IMG/VR virus record: IMGVR_UViG_3300044712_000568
Span: 1-64,000 of that record
Length of the DNA: 64,000 nt
Strand: one strand, 5' to 3'
Source: a virus
Lineage: Duplodnaviria; Heunggongvirae; Uroviricota; Caudoviricetes
A program made the translations under genes and the position numbers. This document shows positions 45,277 through 56,888 of the stretch, one piece after another (position 1 is the first letter of the stretch; each line of letters begins with the position of its first letter). Below the pieces are notes generated by a model, which was given only the letters and a program-made list of their open reading frames with translations, had not been told where the DNA came from and did not search any database.

Positions 45277-46404
45277 ATGTCTTTAACTATATTCACAGAA
45301 TCTAATGGAGTCTATGCTGGGTCTAATACTCCACAGTTCACTCAATTAGAATACTTAGTATCTACGGCCATCAAAACTAAAACCCAAATACCTTCACTCG
45401 GACTTTTCGGGGAAGCATCTACTGGTAAAACCTCTTCAGCTAAGTTACTAGCTCAGGCCGCTGGGTATCGTTATTTGTATTTTAATGCCTCGTCACTCTC
45501 ATTAGCGAATTTTTACAAGACAATTTCTGCTCCAGCCATTGATTTAATGGTTGAAAAGAAAGATTGTAAGGTTCGAAACAGGGCCTTCGAACGAGTTTAT
45601 ATTTATGAGTCTCAGACACCTTTTCTGATTCTTATCGATGAAGCTCACGATCTTAGTAAGGATTTACAAACATTATTTTTGTCTCTTTTAGACCAGAAAG
45701 ATGTGTTAAATCCAAATGAAGAAGTAAATACAATTAGCATCAGAAATGTTACTTTTGTGTTTGCTACTACAGATTCTTCGAAACTCTCATATCCATTGAC
45801 GACACGGCTTTTTAATATTACATTTGACCAGTATTCTAAAGAAGATATTATGAATATTGTGCGAATGAAATATAAGCTGATCTCCAACGGTGGCTTACAA
45901 ATTATTGCCCAATGTGCAAAGTTAGTCCCAAGAGTTGCAATTTCCTATGCGGAACAATTGACAAGTATGCATCCAGACAAACCAATCACAGAACAGCAAG
46001 TAGAAGAATTTGCTAAGAAAGCCTTAGCAATGGAAACCAACGGAATTGACGCTATTGATAAGAGAATCCTTCTCTATCTAGCAAATAACAAAAAGAGAAT
46101 TGCTCCAGTTGATGAAATTTCATTGCAGGCATTTAAGGAAGTAGTAGCAAGATTTGAAAAGAAGGGCGTAGATAAACTGTCTAGCTCTGAGCATAAGGAA
46201 TATAATCGCAATGTATTTAATGTAGCAATGCTTGAGCATAAACTCGCTACTGCTGAGTATGTTGCAAAGTCTCGCCAAGATATTTCCCTGGCTTGTCGAG
46301 TGTTAGATCTAGGAGATCTGGAAAAGAGACTTTCGTATCTTGAGAAATTAAGTATGATAGTCAAGACTCCTAAGGGAATAATGTTAGATGAGCAATACAG
46401 GTAA
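45277..46404 (+). CDS. RuvB-like AAA+ ATPase
   Basis: GEASTGKTS, LIDEAH, FATT, PLTTR, VPRVA, GIDAIDKRIL and winged-helix-like end. Confidence 0.75.
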   Translation: MSLTIFTESNGVYAGSNTPQFTQLEYLVSTAIKTKTQIPSLGLFGEASTGKTSSAKLLAQAAGYRYLYFNASSLSLANFYKTISAPAIDLMVEKKDCKVRNRAFERVYIYESQTPFLILIDEAHDLSKDLQTLFLSLLDQKDVLNPNEEVNTISIRNVTFVFATTDSSKLSYPLTTRLFNITFDQYSKEDIMNIVRMKYKLISNGGLQIIAQCAKLVPRVAISYAEQLTSMHPDKPITEQQVEEFAKKALAMETNGIDAIDKRILLYLANNKKRIAPVDEISLQAFKEVVARFEKKGVDKLSSSEHKEYNRNVFNVAMLEHKLATAEYVAKSRQDISLACRVLDLGDLEKRLSYLEKLSMIVKTPKGIMLDEQYR

Positions 46405-46898
46405 TATAATGTCAGAATTGAGTGAGGATCATATAAAGTTTTTGGTCCTTACTGCTGATATAGTGGGCCATACTATCTCTAACCAAGGCTGGATTAGGGC
46501 TAAATCATACCTCTCGCCAGCTGAGAAGTTTAGGATTACTGACCCAATAATGATGGCACCTGAGTTGTTTGCGAAGGCTACAATACAGCCTTTTAATCAT
46601 ATTGTTTACAAAGAGCGTGAGAAGATCCGAATCTATGTAAAATATGACTTTCTAACATACGAAAATGCGGCTTGCAACGAATTTCTTCTTCGGGGGGCCC
46701 CATTCGATAAACCGCAAAGTATTGATTTGCCGGGTGTTACCCATGTTGTGAGTAGGTCGGTTGATGACCCTAACAAAATTATTGGAATAGTCTCTGTAGA
46801 AAAAACGGAACTTGCCGATATATACAATAGGTTGTTAGAAATACTACCAACAAGGTAGGAAAGATACATCCGATTAATATTCGAAAATGGAGGTCGTA

Positions 46899-47171
46899 AT
46901 GACTAAGAAAGAACTCGCAATTGCCATTGCCGAAAAGGGCAATGTATCTCAGGCTAAGGCTGCTGAGATGATCGATATGGTTATTGATACCATTCGTGAG
47001 AGCCTGGAAGCTGGCTCAGAAGTAACCGTTCGTGGCTTTGGTGCCTTTAAGCCCGTTAAGTCCGCTCCTCGTAGCGGTCGTAACCTTCGCACTAAGGAAC
47101 GTGTCGTGATTCCTGCCAAGACACGCGTCAAGTTTAAGAGCTACATGGAAGAGAAGGAAGTCGCTGAGTAA
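46899..47171 (+). CDS. HU/IHF family DNA-binding protein
   Basis: MTKKELA...VTVRGFGAF...RSGRNLRT...IPAKTRVKFK. Confidence 0.93.
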   Translation: MTKKELAIAIAEKGNVSQAKAAEMIDMVIDTIRESLEAGSEVTVRGFGAFKPVKSAPRSGRNLRTKERVVIPAKTRVKFKSYMEEKEVAE

Positions 47172-47863
47172 TGGTAAGAAAATCCTCACAACCACGTAGA
47201 ATTATGGTTTCAGAGGAGGAACTCCAACTTACTACATCATCTCACGACGATAAGTATAGTCTGGTAACAGATGAAGCCGTAGCTAGGAGACAGGTTCATA
47301 TCATTGACGAAGTCACCGATGTTACATTTGAGCAAGTTAAAAATCTGTATGACCAGATGATCGAAGAAGACTCCACCAAGCCAGTTCATTTCATTATTGG
47401 AACTGCTGGTGGAGACGTTCGATCCATGCTAGGTATTATGAACCTTATGCTTCTTAGTAAGGCTCCTTGTTATACCTATCTACTTGGTGAGACTTGTTCA
47501 GCAGGAGCATGGATCTACTTATGTGGCCATAAACGTTTCGCTCCCGAAACTAATCTGGTTTCTTTTATGTTGCATCCTATGGAATGGAATAGATCAGATA
47601 GTTTAGGAAACCACGATTCGCACAATAAATATGTTGAGAAACTGTCCCAACAGTTAATCAAATTAACAGCTAGTCGCACAAAGCTAAGTATCCAGAAGTT
47701 GAGAAAGTTAGCAACTACAGAAACTTGTTATTTTGTAGGCGAAGAGCTATTCGAACACGGTATTGCTACCGATGTGCTTAACTCTGTAGTTTTCTGGCAT
47801 TCCGAAAAACCTGTAAAAAAGGAAAAGAAGGAAAAGCCTCAACCATTAATGGAACAAAAGTAA
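47171..47863 (+). CDS. ClpP-like protease
   Basis: IGTAGGDV, CSAG (Ser), FMLHP (His), GIATDV. Confidence 0.8.
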   Translation: MVRKSSQPRRIMVSEEELQLTTSSHDDKYSLVTDEAVARRQVHIIDEVTDVTFEQVKNLYDQMIEEDSTKPVHFIIGTAGGDVRSMLGIMNLMLLSKAPCYTYLLGETCSAGAWIYLCGHKRFAPETNLVSFMLHPMEWNRSDSLGNHDSHNKYVEKLSQQLIKLTASRTKLSIQKLRKLATTETCYFVGEELFEHGIATDVLNSVVFWHSEKPVKKEKKEKPQPLMEQK

Positions 47864-47875
47864 TAGGATAACAAA

Positions 47876-48650
47876 ATGGCAGTTGTAAAGATTTCTCCAG
47901 CGGTTGGTAAGGACATTATTTATGTCTGCACTCATTGCCAAAATCGTGAAAAGGAATTTGCCTACTCTGATAGACAGTATAAATACTGTTCTAAGTGTGG
48001 AAGCACTTCAGTAAAGTCCACTCTTACCGATTCTTTTAACTATGTGTCATCTTCATTTACTGATACCTCTTTAACCGAAGATACCTATGAGTAAGGTTAC
48101 AAAAGAACTGGTCCAAGAGAAATTGGGAGAGTGGACCCCTTCCACAAAAGTCCAAGAAACGCTTGGCCTCTCATCCATGGATGAGGCTCTTTTTAAGAAA
48201 GAGTTTCAGGCCCTTGAATCTAAGGGTATTATTGAGAGAGAAGGAGCTAAGAAGGGTCTTAAGTTTAAATTTAAGATTCCTAAGGAATCTAAGGATGCCT
48301 CACCTTCGGATCTCTTGGCATTAATGGGCACTCCTAAGACGGAAAGTCATACATCAAAACCTAAATCGAAGAAAGCTGAGAAGCCGGTTGATGTTACTGA
48401 ACTTGCTGCGGAAGTAACCATTATTCCAAAACACGAGTATCACTCTGAAGTAACTAATGTGCCGCTATCTAACCTGTTTTCCTTCATCTTGAAGGGATCT
48501 TCTGATGTTGATCGCACTATTGCTTTAAAGCGAACTCAGAAAGGTGTAGTTGTAAAAACTTACAATGGCATCTATTTACTTTCTGAAGTTCTCTATACAA
48601 AGGAAAACTTCAACAAGTTATTAAAAGCATCTGGTATTTCATTGGAATAA
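47876..48650 (+). CDS. Zn-ribbon small protein (47876-48094) and winged-helix-like protein (48087-48650)
   Basis: CTHC...CSKCGS; LESKGIIEREG..KG..F. Confidence 0.55.
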
Positions 48651-48652
48651 AG

Positions 48653-49375
48653 ATGGGCAGCAAGAAGAAAGAAACTGCTACACCGGAATTTCCTGAATCG
48701 TTTAAAGCAGCCAGAAAGAACTTTGCAAAGAACTTAACTAAATTATTGACTCACTTGGGATATACTGCGGCAACGCTTTCTCTCAAAGTCAATACAATTT
48801 GTGAGAGCGATACCATTGCCACTAGTGATGTGTATGAATGGTTAGCTGGAACAAAGATTCCAAGTGTTTATCACTTATATAAGTTAAGTGTTTGGCTCCA
48901 TATTCCAATGGATGCCTTATTCACAAGTTCTTTTGACTCAACTACGGTGGACGGACGTTCGTTTGCTAAGCAGTCAATTACATACTCTGTATCGGAGGAA
49001 GAATTAGTAGAGGCCGAACCGGCCACAACCAAGGAGAACACATCAATGGCTAAGAATACCGCAATCGTTTCTATTTCTCGCACTTCTAAGAAGCAGATGG
49101 AGCAGATCGTTTCTGCTAGAACTGACAGTAAGAGCTATAACCTTCTGTTAGCCAACAAGCTTTACAATACTGATATGCAGCTTAAGGAAATTGCTGCTAA
49201 GGTTGGCGTGTCCACCCGCAGTCTTCGTGATTATGCCTTCTACAATACTAGCGTTCCTGCTACTGTAGCTGAAAAGCTCGTCAAGCTCTTTAAGACCAGC
49301 TATCGTAATCTCGGCCTTCAGTATGATTCTGATCGTGATCGTTATACTCATATGACTGTCAAGATCAAGGCCTAA
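48653..49375 (+). CDS. Protein with two XRE-like helix-turn-helix domains
   Basis: VYEWLAGTKIPS..LYKLS..L..PMDAL; LKEIAAKVGVSTRSL. Confidence 0.7.
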   Translation: MGSKKKETATPEFPESFKAARKNFAKNLTKLLTHLGYTAATLSLKVNTICESDTIATSDVYEWLAGTKIPSVYHLYKLSVWLHIPMDALFTSSFDSTTVDGRSFAKQSITYSVSEEELVEAEPATTKENTSMAKNTAIVSISRTSKKQMEQIVSARTDSKSYNLLLANKLYNTDMQLKEIAAKVGVSTRSLRDYAFYNTSVPATVAEKLVKLFKTSYRNLGLQYDSDRDRYTHMTVKIKA

Positions 49376-49394
49376 TTGTTTAGGCATGTTTTCT

Positions 49395-49430
49395 AAGAGG
49401 GCTGGCCAAAAGCTGGCCCTCTTATTTTAT
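49395..49430 (+). terminator. Intrinsic terminator
   Basis: AAGAGGGCTGGC/GCTGGCCCTCTT hairpin followed by ATTTTAT. Confidence 0.7.
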
Positions 49431-49448
49431 TCAGAAAGAAGGTTTTTC

Positions 49449-52298
49449 ATGGCTAAAAGAATTCAAAAATACTATTGTTTATTGCATATTCCTACTGGAA
49501 CTATGATTAAAACTATTAGATTTAATAAAAAAATTCACGGTGAGAATTTTTTAGATTTTCTTCCAGTTACTACTAGTAAACAATTCCAAGATCCTGAAAC
49601 ACTTTATTCTATTGTATGGCAGTCAAAAGAATTTAGACGTAGAAAGTATTTGTATTTACTCGAAGAAGCTTTATATCCTGATGTTTATAGTGATCCATAT
49701 CATCAAGAAGATAGAGGTCAATACATACAAGAGCATTTCAGAGAAGAATTTATAGTTGCATCATATCCAATTTGGGATACTGATGTGAAAAGTTCTCTTG
49801 AGTCATTTGAATTGTTTCGTCCGTAATTGGAGATTTTATGTTACCTAGACCAGCAATGCGAAGTCAAATTATGCATATTCCAACTGGATTATATTTACAT
49901 TATTGCTTTTTTCCTCACGATGGACATATACATTTAGTCTTATCTAAAGAACCAGCATTATATAATCGTAATAATTTAGATTTATTTGAACAAGTATCAA
50001 ATCCTTCTTGGGATAGATATGTAATTCATAACGGCGATGATCTATTTGATGGAACCTGTGACGAATTTGTTTTGGTAGAACAACGTGTTTAAATATATGC
50101 TTTTACATATCCCAAGTGGAAATTATGTTTCTAAAGTTACAATTGACATAGAGAAAAAAATGTCATGGAATACTTTTGCCAGAGGGCCCGAATTGATAAC
50201 AGTTTGGGGATTTGATGTTCCAGCAGATGCAAAACCAATAAAATTTGATTCTAAAACAAAGGCCAAGACTTGGTTACGTCAAAAAGCTCCCGGCAAACGC
50301 GGAACTCTTTTTACAATAATTGAGATACGAGAATGAGCAAGTGGCGTATACTTCATATTCCATCAGGTAGATTTGTAACTAAAACTGAAAAATTAGCTAT
50401 TGGAAAATTTGGCTTACAGTTCGAAAATGAATATAGTATTGGAAAATATACTACGGGAAAAGTATACGAAGCATGGTTTAAATGGAGAGCAGAAACTATG
50501 TTAGAAAATATTTTCGCTGGCTCTGTTAGACCAGACACGGAACTTTTGTGGTTTAGTGATAATAATAAATGCGAATTTGAAGTGGTAAAAGCATGAAATA
50601 TCAAATTTTATGTTTAGAATCTTTTGAATTGCTTTACGAAAGAACAGTTGAAATAGAAGAAATATGGGAAGACCTGCGGTATACTTATACGGATCATCGG
50701 TATTGTTTATCTTCTGATATCCCCAAAGATGCTATTTCTTACTCAGAAGCTAAAATAGTAACATTTATGAGTCTTAAAAAAGCTGAAAAATGGATTAAAA
50801 TTTATTCTACAGAAAACAATTATCCGGCTAATCTATTTGAAATAGTTAGAGCAGATGGCTAAGTATAGAGTATTATCACTGATCAGTTTTGAATTTATTG
50901 TGGAACTTGATTGTATGGTATTGGATACTAATACTCCAAGTGGCATTAAAATTATAAAGCGATATTGCGAAATTAGTGATCTAGGACGTAGAAATTTAAT
51001 CCCTGGTAAGATGTTAAATCCTTTAGCGTCTACCCCAAAAGTAGCAGAATTTATGAGCCGAAAGAAGGCTGAAAAATGGCTACAAAATTATTGTGCGACA
51101 AAAAGTTTAGACCCAGTTTTATTTGAATTGGTAAAACAAAATGGCTAAAGAAAAATATACAATTATGCATATTCCATCTGGATATCTTTGGCACAGTAGT
51201 TTAATTTTTGATAAGAAAAGCAAAGCTATTGGTTTTTTAAATAGTCTTCCAACTAAAGATGGACGTTTAGATTTTAGTGAAACTCATGGACTAGATTCTT
51301 TTCGTGGAATCAAAGCTAAAAAATTAGATATGGCTCGAAAATTACGTTTAATTGAAATTAGAAAAATTGAGGGTCTTCTTAGTATGGCTGTTTATACAAA
51401 TAGCAAAGATCCCAGGAATGTCTATAGAGATTTAATAAATTCTAGACGAGCCGTGAATGAAATGCTTTTAGTAGAACTAGCGGTAGTTCCAATAAAAGAG
51501 TCACATTTAGAAATGTTAAATAATATAGTTAAACCAGAAGAGGACGAATGAAAAGATACATGGTAACATTAAACGGTAATCCATTTTATGGATTAACTTA
51601 TACTCATACTAAGACTAATGTTAGATATTTTTATGATTATATTACAATGCAGGTGGAAGGAGCTTTTGATACATTAGTTGATTTTCCATCTGAACGAGAG
51701 GCTAAATTATGGCTGATTTCAAAATCATCCATTCAAAGTCTTAAACATTATATGTATGCTTTAGCGTGTTTACCCGATGAAGAACTCGATAAAATTATAG
51801 CTAAAGGTAAATATAAACTAAGCAAAGCAATGATGAGAGAATGCGATATAAATATCAGCAACTCTAGCACTCGAACTTCGTTTTCGAGAGCAGATTATCC
51901 ATTGCTTTGTGAATTTGTTATTGTGGAGTATGAGGCGAATGTCTTACAATCGAAACAAGGGAACGATGTGGATAGTATTGAATCTTCTGACAAATGAAGT
52001 ATTAAGCGAAGTTACTCCAGATAAGGAAAAATATCGTAATTCTGTAATAAAAGACTTAGCTTTTAATTTAGATAAATATACAGGAAAATATCAAGAGCAG
52101 GCATTTAAATTAGTGCTAGTGCCTAAAAAATTTCTATTACTACATGATGCTAGAAAAGCATTATTTGAATGTGTTAAACCAACTCAAGACGAATTACTTC
52201 ACTATGAATTCGTCCTTTTAGGAAAAGACGGAGAGCCTGTGGGATCTATCTTTCCGAGGAATAAAGATGAGGCTAGTTATACTAAGCGACACCCATAG
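49449..52298 (+). CDS. Tandem array of nine HIP(S/T)G-family proteins (49449, 49838, 50085, 50333, 50593, 50855, 51141, 51548, 51966)
   Basis: N-terminal LHIP(S/T)G or equivalent strand-turn, F-x-(S/K)-x-x-x-A-x-x-(W/F)-L helix in most, C-terminal (E/L)F(E)xV strand; mostly overlapping stops and starts. Confidence 0.75.
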
Positions 52299-52935
52299 TA
52301 ATTTAATAAACGATCTTATACCGAATGGTGATGTTCTTATTCACGCTGGCGATTTGTCAGTCTCTGGATCTATTCCAGAGCTTAATAGAGTTGGACAAGA
52401 ACTCGGCAAGTTACCACATCCAGTTAAGCTTGTCATTCCAGGCAATCATGATTTCTTATTCCAACATTCTCCGAGACTTGCAAGAGATTTAATGGGAGCT
52501 GATGTTACTGTTTTAATTGATGAAGCCATAGAAATTAATGGCATCAAATTTTATGGCAGTCCCTGGCAACCTGAATTTTTTAATTGGGCTTTTAATTTAC
52601 CACGTTTAGGTTATGAACTTGAAGAAGTCTGGAAAAAGATACCTGACGATACTGATGTGCTTATTACACATGGTCCAGCAAAAGAACGTCTGGACTTTGT
52701 TCCTAGAGGCCAGTTTGTAGGCTGTGAAGCGTTAAAGGCCAGAATTGAACAATTGGATAAGCTTAAACTCCATTGTTTCGGTCATATTCATTATGGATAT
52801 GGTTACGAATATTATCGCAATAAGTTATATGTAAATGCGGCTCTTTGTGATAACAGAGATTGGATTGTGAACAAGCCAATTGTAGTAGACATTGATGAAG
52901 TTACCAAAGAAACGAAGGTAATACAATATGAGTAA
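52267..52935 (+). CDS. Calcineurin-like metallophosphoesterase
   Basis: SDTH, HAGD, GNHD, THGP, FGHIH. Confidence 0.93.
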   Translation: MRLVILSDTHSNLINDLIPNGDVLIHAGDLSVSGSIPELNRVGQELGKLPHPVKLVIPGNHDFLFQHSPRLARDLMGADVTVLIDEAIEINGIKFYGSPWQPEFFNWAFNLPRLGYELEEVWKKIPDDTDVLITHGPAKERLDFVPRGQFVGCEALKARIEQLDKLKLHCFGHIHYGYGYEYYRNKLYVNAALCDNRDWIVNKPIVVDIDEVTKETKVIQYE

Positions 52936-53808
52936 AGATTATTGGTATATTTTACATATTCCAACTGGTGGTATTTTAGAATATCATAATAAAAATTATT
53001 CTAAAGTTAGACACGCGAATTGGAAAAAAGCACAAAAAACTCTTAAAATTAGTGGAACAGAAAATAAACTCTTACATAAATTAGGACTATATCCAGAAGT
53101 AGACGATTGGTCTTATTCGAATATTCCTAATTCGTCTCAGCAATCAGATGACGATTTTGTAGCTTGGGTAGCATTGCCAATAAAAACTACTACTACTTCT
53201 GAAGTAGACTACATTTTTAGAATTCAGGCTATGCATTTTGCTACATTACTTGATACCAGACGAAGTAATTCTATAATGAAATTTGTTGATAAACTTGATG
53301 CTAGAGATTGTCTTAAATTTATATTACTTAATGCTAAAATGATGGGCTATTCTAAATATTCCATAGATGAATTTGCTGTTCTGTGTTCTGATGGAAGTAT
53401 GTATGATTTCCAATCACAAACTTTGGCAGCAAAACGAAAGGCAAAGCAACTACAAACGCAACAAGATACTGTAGTAGAAACTACCTAAATTAGTCCTAAA
53501 GATAATAGGCTTATATGTTTAAAAAACCTAAACTCCGTCTTGGAAGACAACCGTCAAATAGAAATCTTCCAGCAAAATCAAGTGATGGTAAATATTGTAT
53601 TCTAATTGTAACCTCAAGCAGAATTCTTAGATGGCCATATCGAGCTACTGAAAATGCTCCTATGTATAATACTAGGAAAGACGCTGAAAAAATCCTTAAA
53701 GCATATGTCACATTTGCCAATAATAATAGGGATACACATATCAAACGCATGATCGAAGAGTTTGAGATTGTTGAGTTTAATGAGGAAACAAAAGAATTAA
53801 TTTCATGA
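52928..53808 (+). CDS. Two HIP(S/T)G-family proteins (52928-53488, 53515-53808)
   Basis: YILHIPTGG...DEFAVL; YCILIVTSS...YNTRKDAEKIL...EEFEIVE. Confidence 0.65.
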
Positions 53809-55256
53809 AAGCAACCAAGAAGTCTAACACTAGAATCCAGCTAGAATTTGATGATGAAAAACAAAGAGAACAGCTGGCAAAACTAGTATCCTACACAATC
53901 CCAGGCTATCAGCATACGGTAGCCTATAAATCTCGAAAATGGGACGGGACAAAATGTTTTTTGACTCCAGCTAATACTCTACCTATTGGTTTGTTTAAGA
54001 CGATCTTTCCCGACCACTCACTGGTCTTCGATAAAGACTTCAGGGATATTGGGTTTGACGATATGGATTTGTTTATGAGATTGCCGTTAGAACGCAGAGA
54101 GTATCAGCTTGAAGCTATCAATACTATACTTAGAAATAAGATGGGAATTGTAAATGCTATTATGGGAGCTGGTAAAACTCTGATAGCTGCTGGAGTATGT
54201 TCATATCATTTATCGTGCAACCCAAAGAATAAAATTCTTTTTGTTGTATATGATCGGAACATACTCTCTCAGACTATAACTAACTTTAAAAAATATGGAT
54301 TTAATGTAAGTCAATTTGGAAGTGGTGTTAAGGACTTGGGTGGTGACATTGTAGTTGCTACCATCCAGTCTCTTAACAATATTGAGAAACCAAAGGAGGT
54401 TTTGAAACATGTTAGTTTTGTAATAATGGATGAAGCGCATCACTCTGGATCAAAGACCTCAAAATCTATGATCACTAAATTACCCAATTGCCAATATTTT
54501 ATAGGCCTTACTGCTACACCACACGTAAAAAGAAGCCTTGAAACAGCAGAACTTATGTCTGTTTTAGGGCCAGTTATTTACGAATATGGATTTAGTGAAG
54601 GTATTCAAGATAAAAAAGTAGCTCCGGTTAAGGCATTTTTTCTAGATGTTGATCCTGATTGGGATATTAAAGAAATAGTATTTCCCAGAAAAAATTATAA
54701 ACTCATTTGGGATACGGCCATTCAGAATAATGCGACGAGAAACCAGCTTATAGCTGACGTTCTTCATTATTGTGTTGATCTACTCGAAACACCAAACCTC
54801 GTTTTAATCGACCGTGTGGAGCATGGAGTGACCTTGTGCGACTCGCTTAAAACACGCGGAGTAATCAAAGCAACAACCATGTATGGATCTGACGATATTG
54901 GGATGAGAGAGATCAAGAAGTCCCATCTGATGACCGATACTATCAATACCATCGTTAGCACCGTCATCAAGGAGGGTGTTGATTTTAAGATAAGTCCAGT
55001 AGTTGCGGTGAACGCATCTGGTCGAAAGAGTTTCGTAAGTCTCATTCAATTTTTGGGTCGAGTAACCAGACCTAATGAAAAGTTTAAAACTTTTAGATGC
55101 TACATAGATTTTATAGATCACTACCACCCATTTCTCAGGGAGCATTCTCTTGAGAGAATTGAAGCGTGTAAAAGCTTCGGAGTAGAAGTAGTAGTTTGTA
55201 AATCTCTCAAAGAACTGATTACAGAAATAGTCAAACACTACAAAGAACATAATTAG
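53805..55256 (+). CDS. SF2 DExH helicase (T4 UvsW-like)
   Basis: WDG, REYQ, GAGKT, DEAH, GLTATP, Q.LGRV.R. Confidence 0.9.
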   Translation: MKATKKSNTRIQLEFDDEKQREQLAKLVSYTIPGYQHTVAYKSRKWDGTKCFLTPANTLPIGLFKTIFPDHSLVFDKDFRDIGFDDMDLFMRLPLERREYQLEAINTILRNKMGIVNAIMGAGKTLIAAGVCSYHLSCNPKNKILFVVYDRNILSQTITNFKKYGFNVSQFGSGVKDLGGDIVVATIQSLNNIEKPKEVLKHVSFVIMDEAHHSGSKTSKSMITKLPNCQYFIGLTATPHVKRSLETAELMSVLGPVIYEYGFSEGIQDKKVAPVKAFFLDVDPDWDIKEIVFPRKNYKLIWDTAIQNNATRNQLIADVLHYCVDLLETPNLVLIDRVEHGVTLCDSLKTRGVIKATTMYGSDDIGMREIKKSHLMTDTINTIVSTVIKEGVDFKISPVVAVNASGRKSFVSLIQFLGRVTRPNEKFKTFRCYIDFIDHYHPFLREHSLERIEACKSFGVEVVVCKSLKELITEIVKHYKEHN

Positions 55257-55514
55257 AGGCATTATGGATTGGGATATTTTACATTACGACATAGATGTTG
55301 AAGATAGACCCAAAAGTAAAAAGCTCTCTGCAATAATTTTGGCTCACTATTGTAAAGACGGACTCCTTAAAAAAGGAACTTCTAATTCTTGTAATAGATG
55401 CAGTGGTAGTTTAGTTTCGTTTAGAATAACTAATTTAGAATTTCAAAAACGTAAAGCAACGGAACGAAGTCAAAAGAACAAAATCTATTAGTATTAAGTT
55501 AACTTAAAGTAGTT

Positions 55515-56879
55515 ATGGAAACCACAACATTACCGTTTGACGGAAAATTTCAGAGCGGTCTACTCTATCTGTTAATCACGGATTACGAATTCTTACGCAA
55601 TAGTATAGAGGATCTCAGCCAAAAGCATTTTGACGCTGGAGAAACTCATATTAAATTGTTTAAGTTAATCAAGTTAGTCTATGAAAAGACTAAGAAGCCT
55701 CTCTCATTAAGTATTATTAAAAACTCTATTCTTCAACTCCAACTTCGCGGAACTTATTCTGAGGGTGATACTTTCGGAATGACTAATATTCTCGATGCTG
55801 GTAAACTCATGACTCCCTCAGAGTATGAATTTATTAGAGAGAATTGCTATAACTTCTTAAAGAAGCAAACTATGGCTCTGGCATATGCGGAGTCTCTTGC
55901 TTATTATGAGAAGGGTGATTATGATGAGCTTTATTCAATTATTGGCAAAGCTTATAAGAAATCATTTGGAATTGAAAACAGCCTTGGAATCGACTATTTA
56001 AATGATTCAGTTCACGACCGCTACTCTGAGCCTCCCAGAACCGGAATCTGGTCAACCGGATTTGAACGTCTTGATAGCTTTATTGATGGAGGAATGGCTA
56101 AAAAAGAATGTTATACAATCCTGGCCCCAACCGGACGAGGCAAGACTGCGTTACTATGTAACTTTGCAGTATCTGCGATCAAACAAAAACTCAAGACTCT
56201 ATTCATTACACTTGAGATGTCTGAGCGACAGATATGTCAACGGTTTGATGCTATTATTAGCGGCTTCTCTCCATCGGAATTAGCTTCTTTACCAGAAGCT
56301 CGTGTTGAGCTTCAGAGACGCATTTCAGAAGAACTTCACGGATCTATGCCTTTTGTAAAGGGATTTGATCGAGGAAAATTAACTGTTGCCGGTCTTAAGA
56401 CATATCTTGAGAGATTCTCTATGGAGAATGGAACTCCTGAAGTTGTCATTCTCGATTGGTTCGGCTGTCTAAAACTTCCTACTAATACTGATAAGAAACA
56501 TGAAGCTCTTGCAGAAGTAGCTGATGAAATCATCAATATGAGTCGTGAGTTCAATTGTTCTATTCTAGGGGCGCATCAGACTAACCGAGGCGCAGTAGGA
56601 TCTGACGTATTTGGTTACGATAAGGTATCTGAATCATTCTCAAGCTTGTTTGGTATGGATGCCGTATTCGCATTAGGCGCATCTGACAAGGCCAAAGATG
56701 CCGGAAAGCGAACTCTTAGTATTGCTAAGAATCGTATGGGTCCAGATTCGGTTTATGTAAATCTTATGGGTAATAAACCCAGTGAACCTTTAACTTTTAA
56801 ATTTACGGAAGTTCCTTCTGAGGAAGAAGAAGCTTCTTTATTATATCCTGATTCGGAGTCTGACAAAAACTCCGACTAG
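55515..56879 (+). CDS. Replicative DnaB/gp41-like helicase
   Basis: STGF..LD, APTGRGKT, ITLEMSE, ILDW, HQTNR, KNRMG. Confidence 0.9.
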   Translation: METTTLPFDGKFQSGLLYLLITDYEFLRNSIEDLSQKHFDAGETHIKLFKLIKLVYEKTKKPLSLSIIKNSILQLQLRGTYSEGDTFGMTNILDAGKLMTPSEYEFIRENCYNFLKKQTMALAYAESLAYYEKGDYDELYSIIGKAYKKSFGIENSLGIDYLNDSVHDRYSEPPRTGIWSTGFERLDSFIDGGMAKKECYTILAPTGRGKTALLCNFAVSAIKQKLKTLFITLEMSERQICQRFDAIISGFSPSELASLPEARVELQRRISEELHGSMPFVKGFDRGKLTVAGLKTYLERFSMENGTPEVVILDWFGCLKLPTNTDKKHEALAEVADEIINMSREFNCSILGAHQTNRGAVGSDVFGYDKVSESFSSLFGMDAVFALGASDKAKDAGKRTLSIAKNRMGPDSVYVNLMGNKPSEPLTFKFTEVPSEEEEASLLYPDSESDKNSD

Positions 56880-56888
56880 TGGAGTTTT

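Noticed and set aside
49449-52298. Imperfect DNA inverted repeat between the start motif (TTACATATTCC) and end motif (GAATTTGAA) of HIP(S/T)G genes, suggesting MITE or integron-like cassettes
   Set aside because: The match is weak, codons vary synonymously and substitutions are conservative at protein level (HIP/YIP/YVP/YLP), so the constraint looks proteinaceous; no attC-like sites or target duplications seen.
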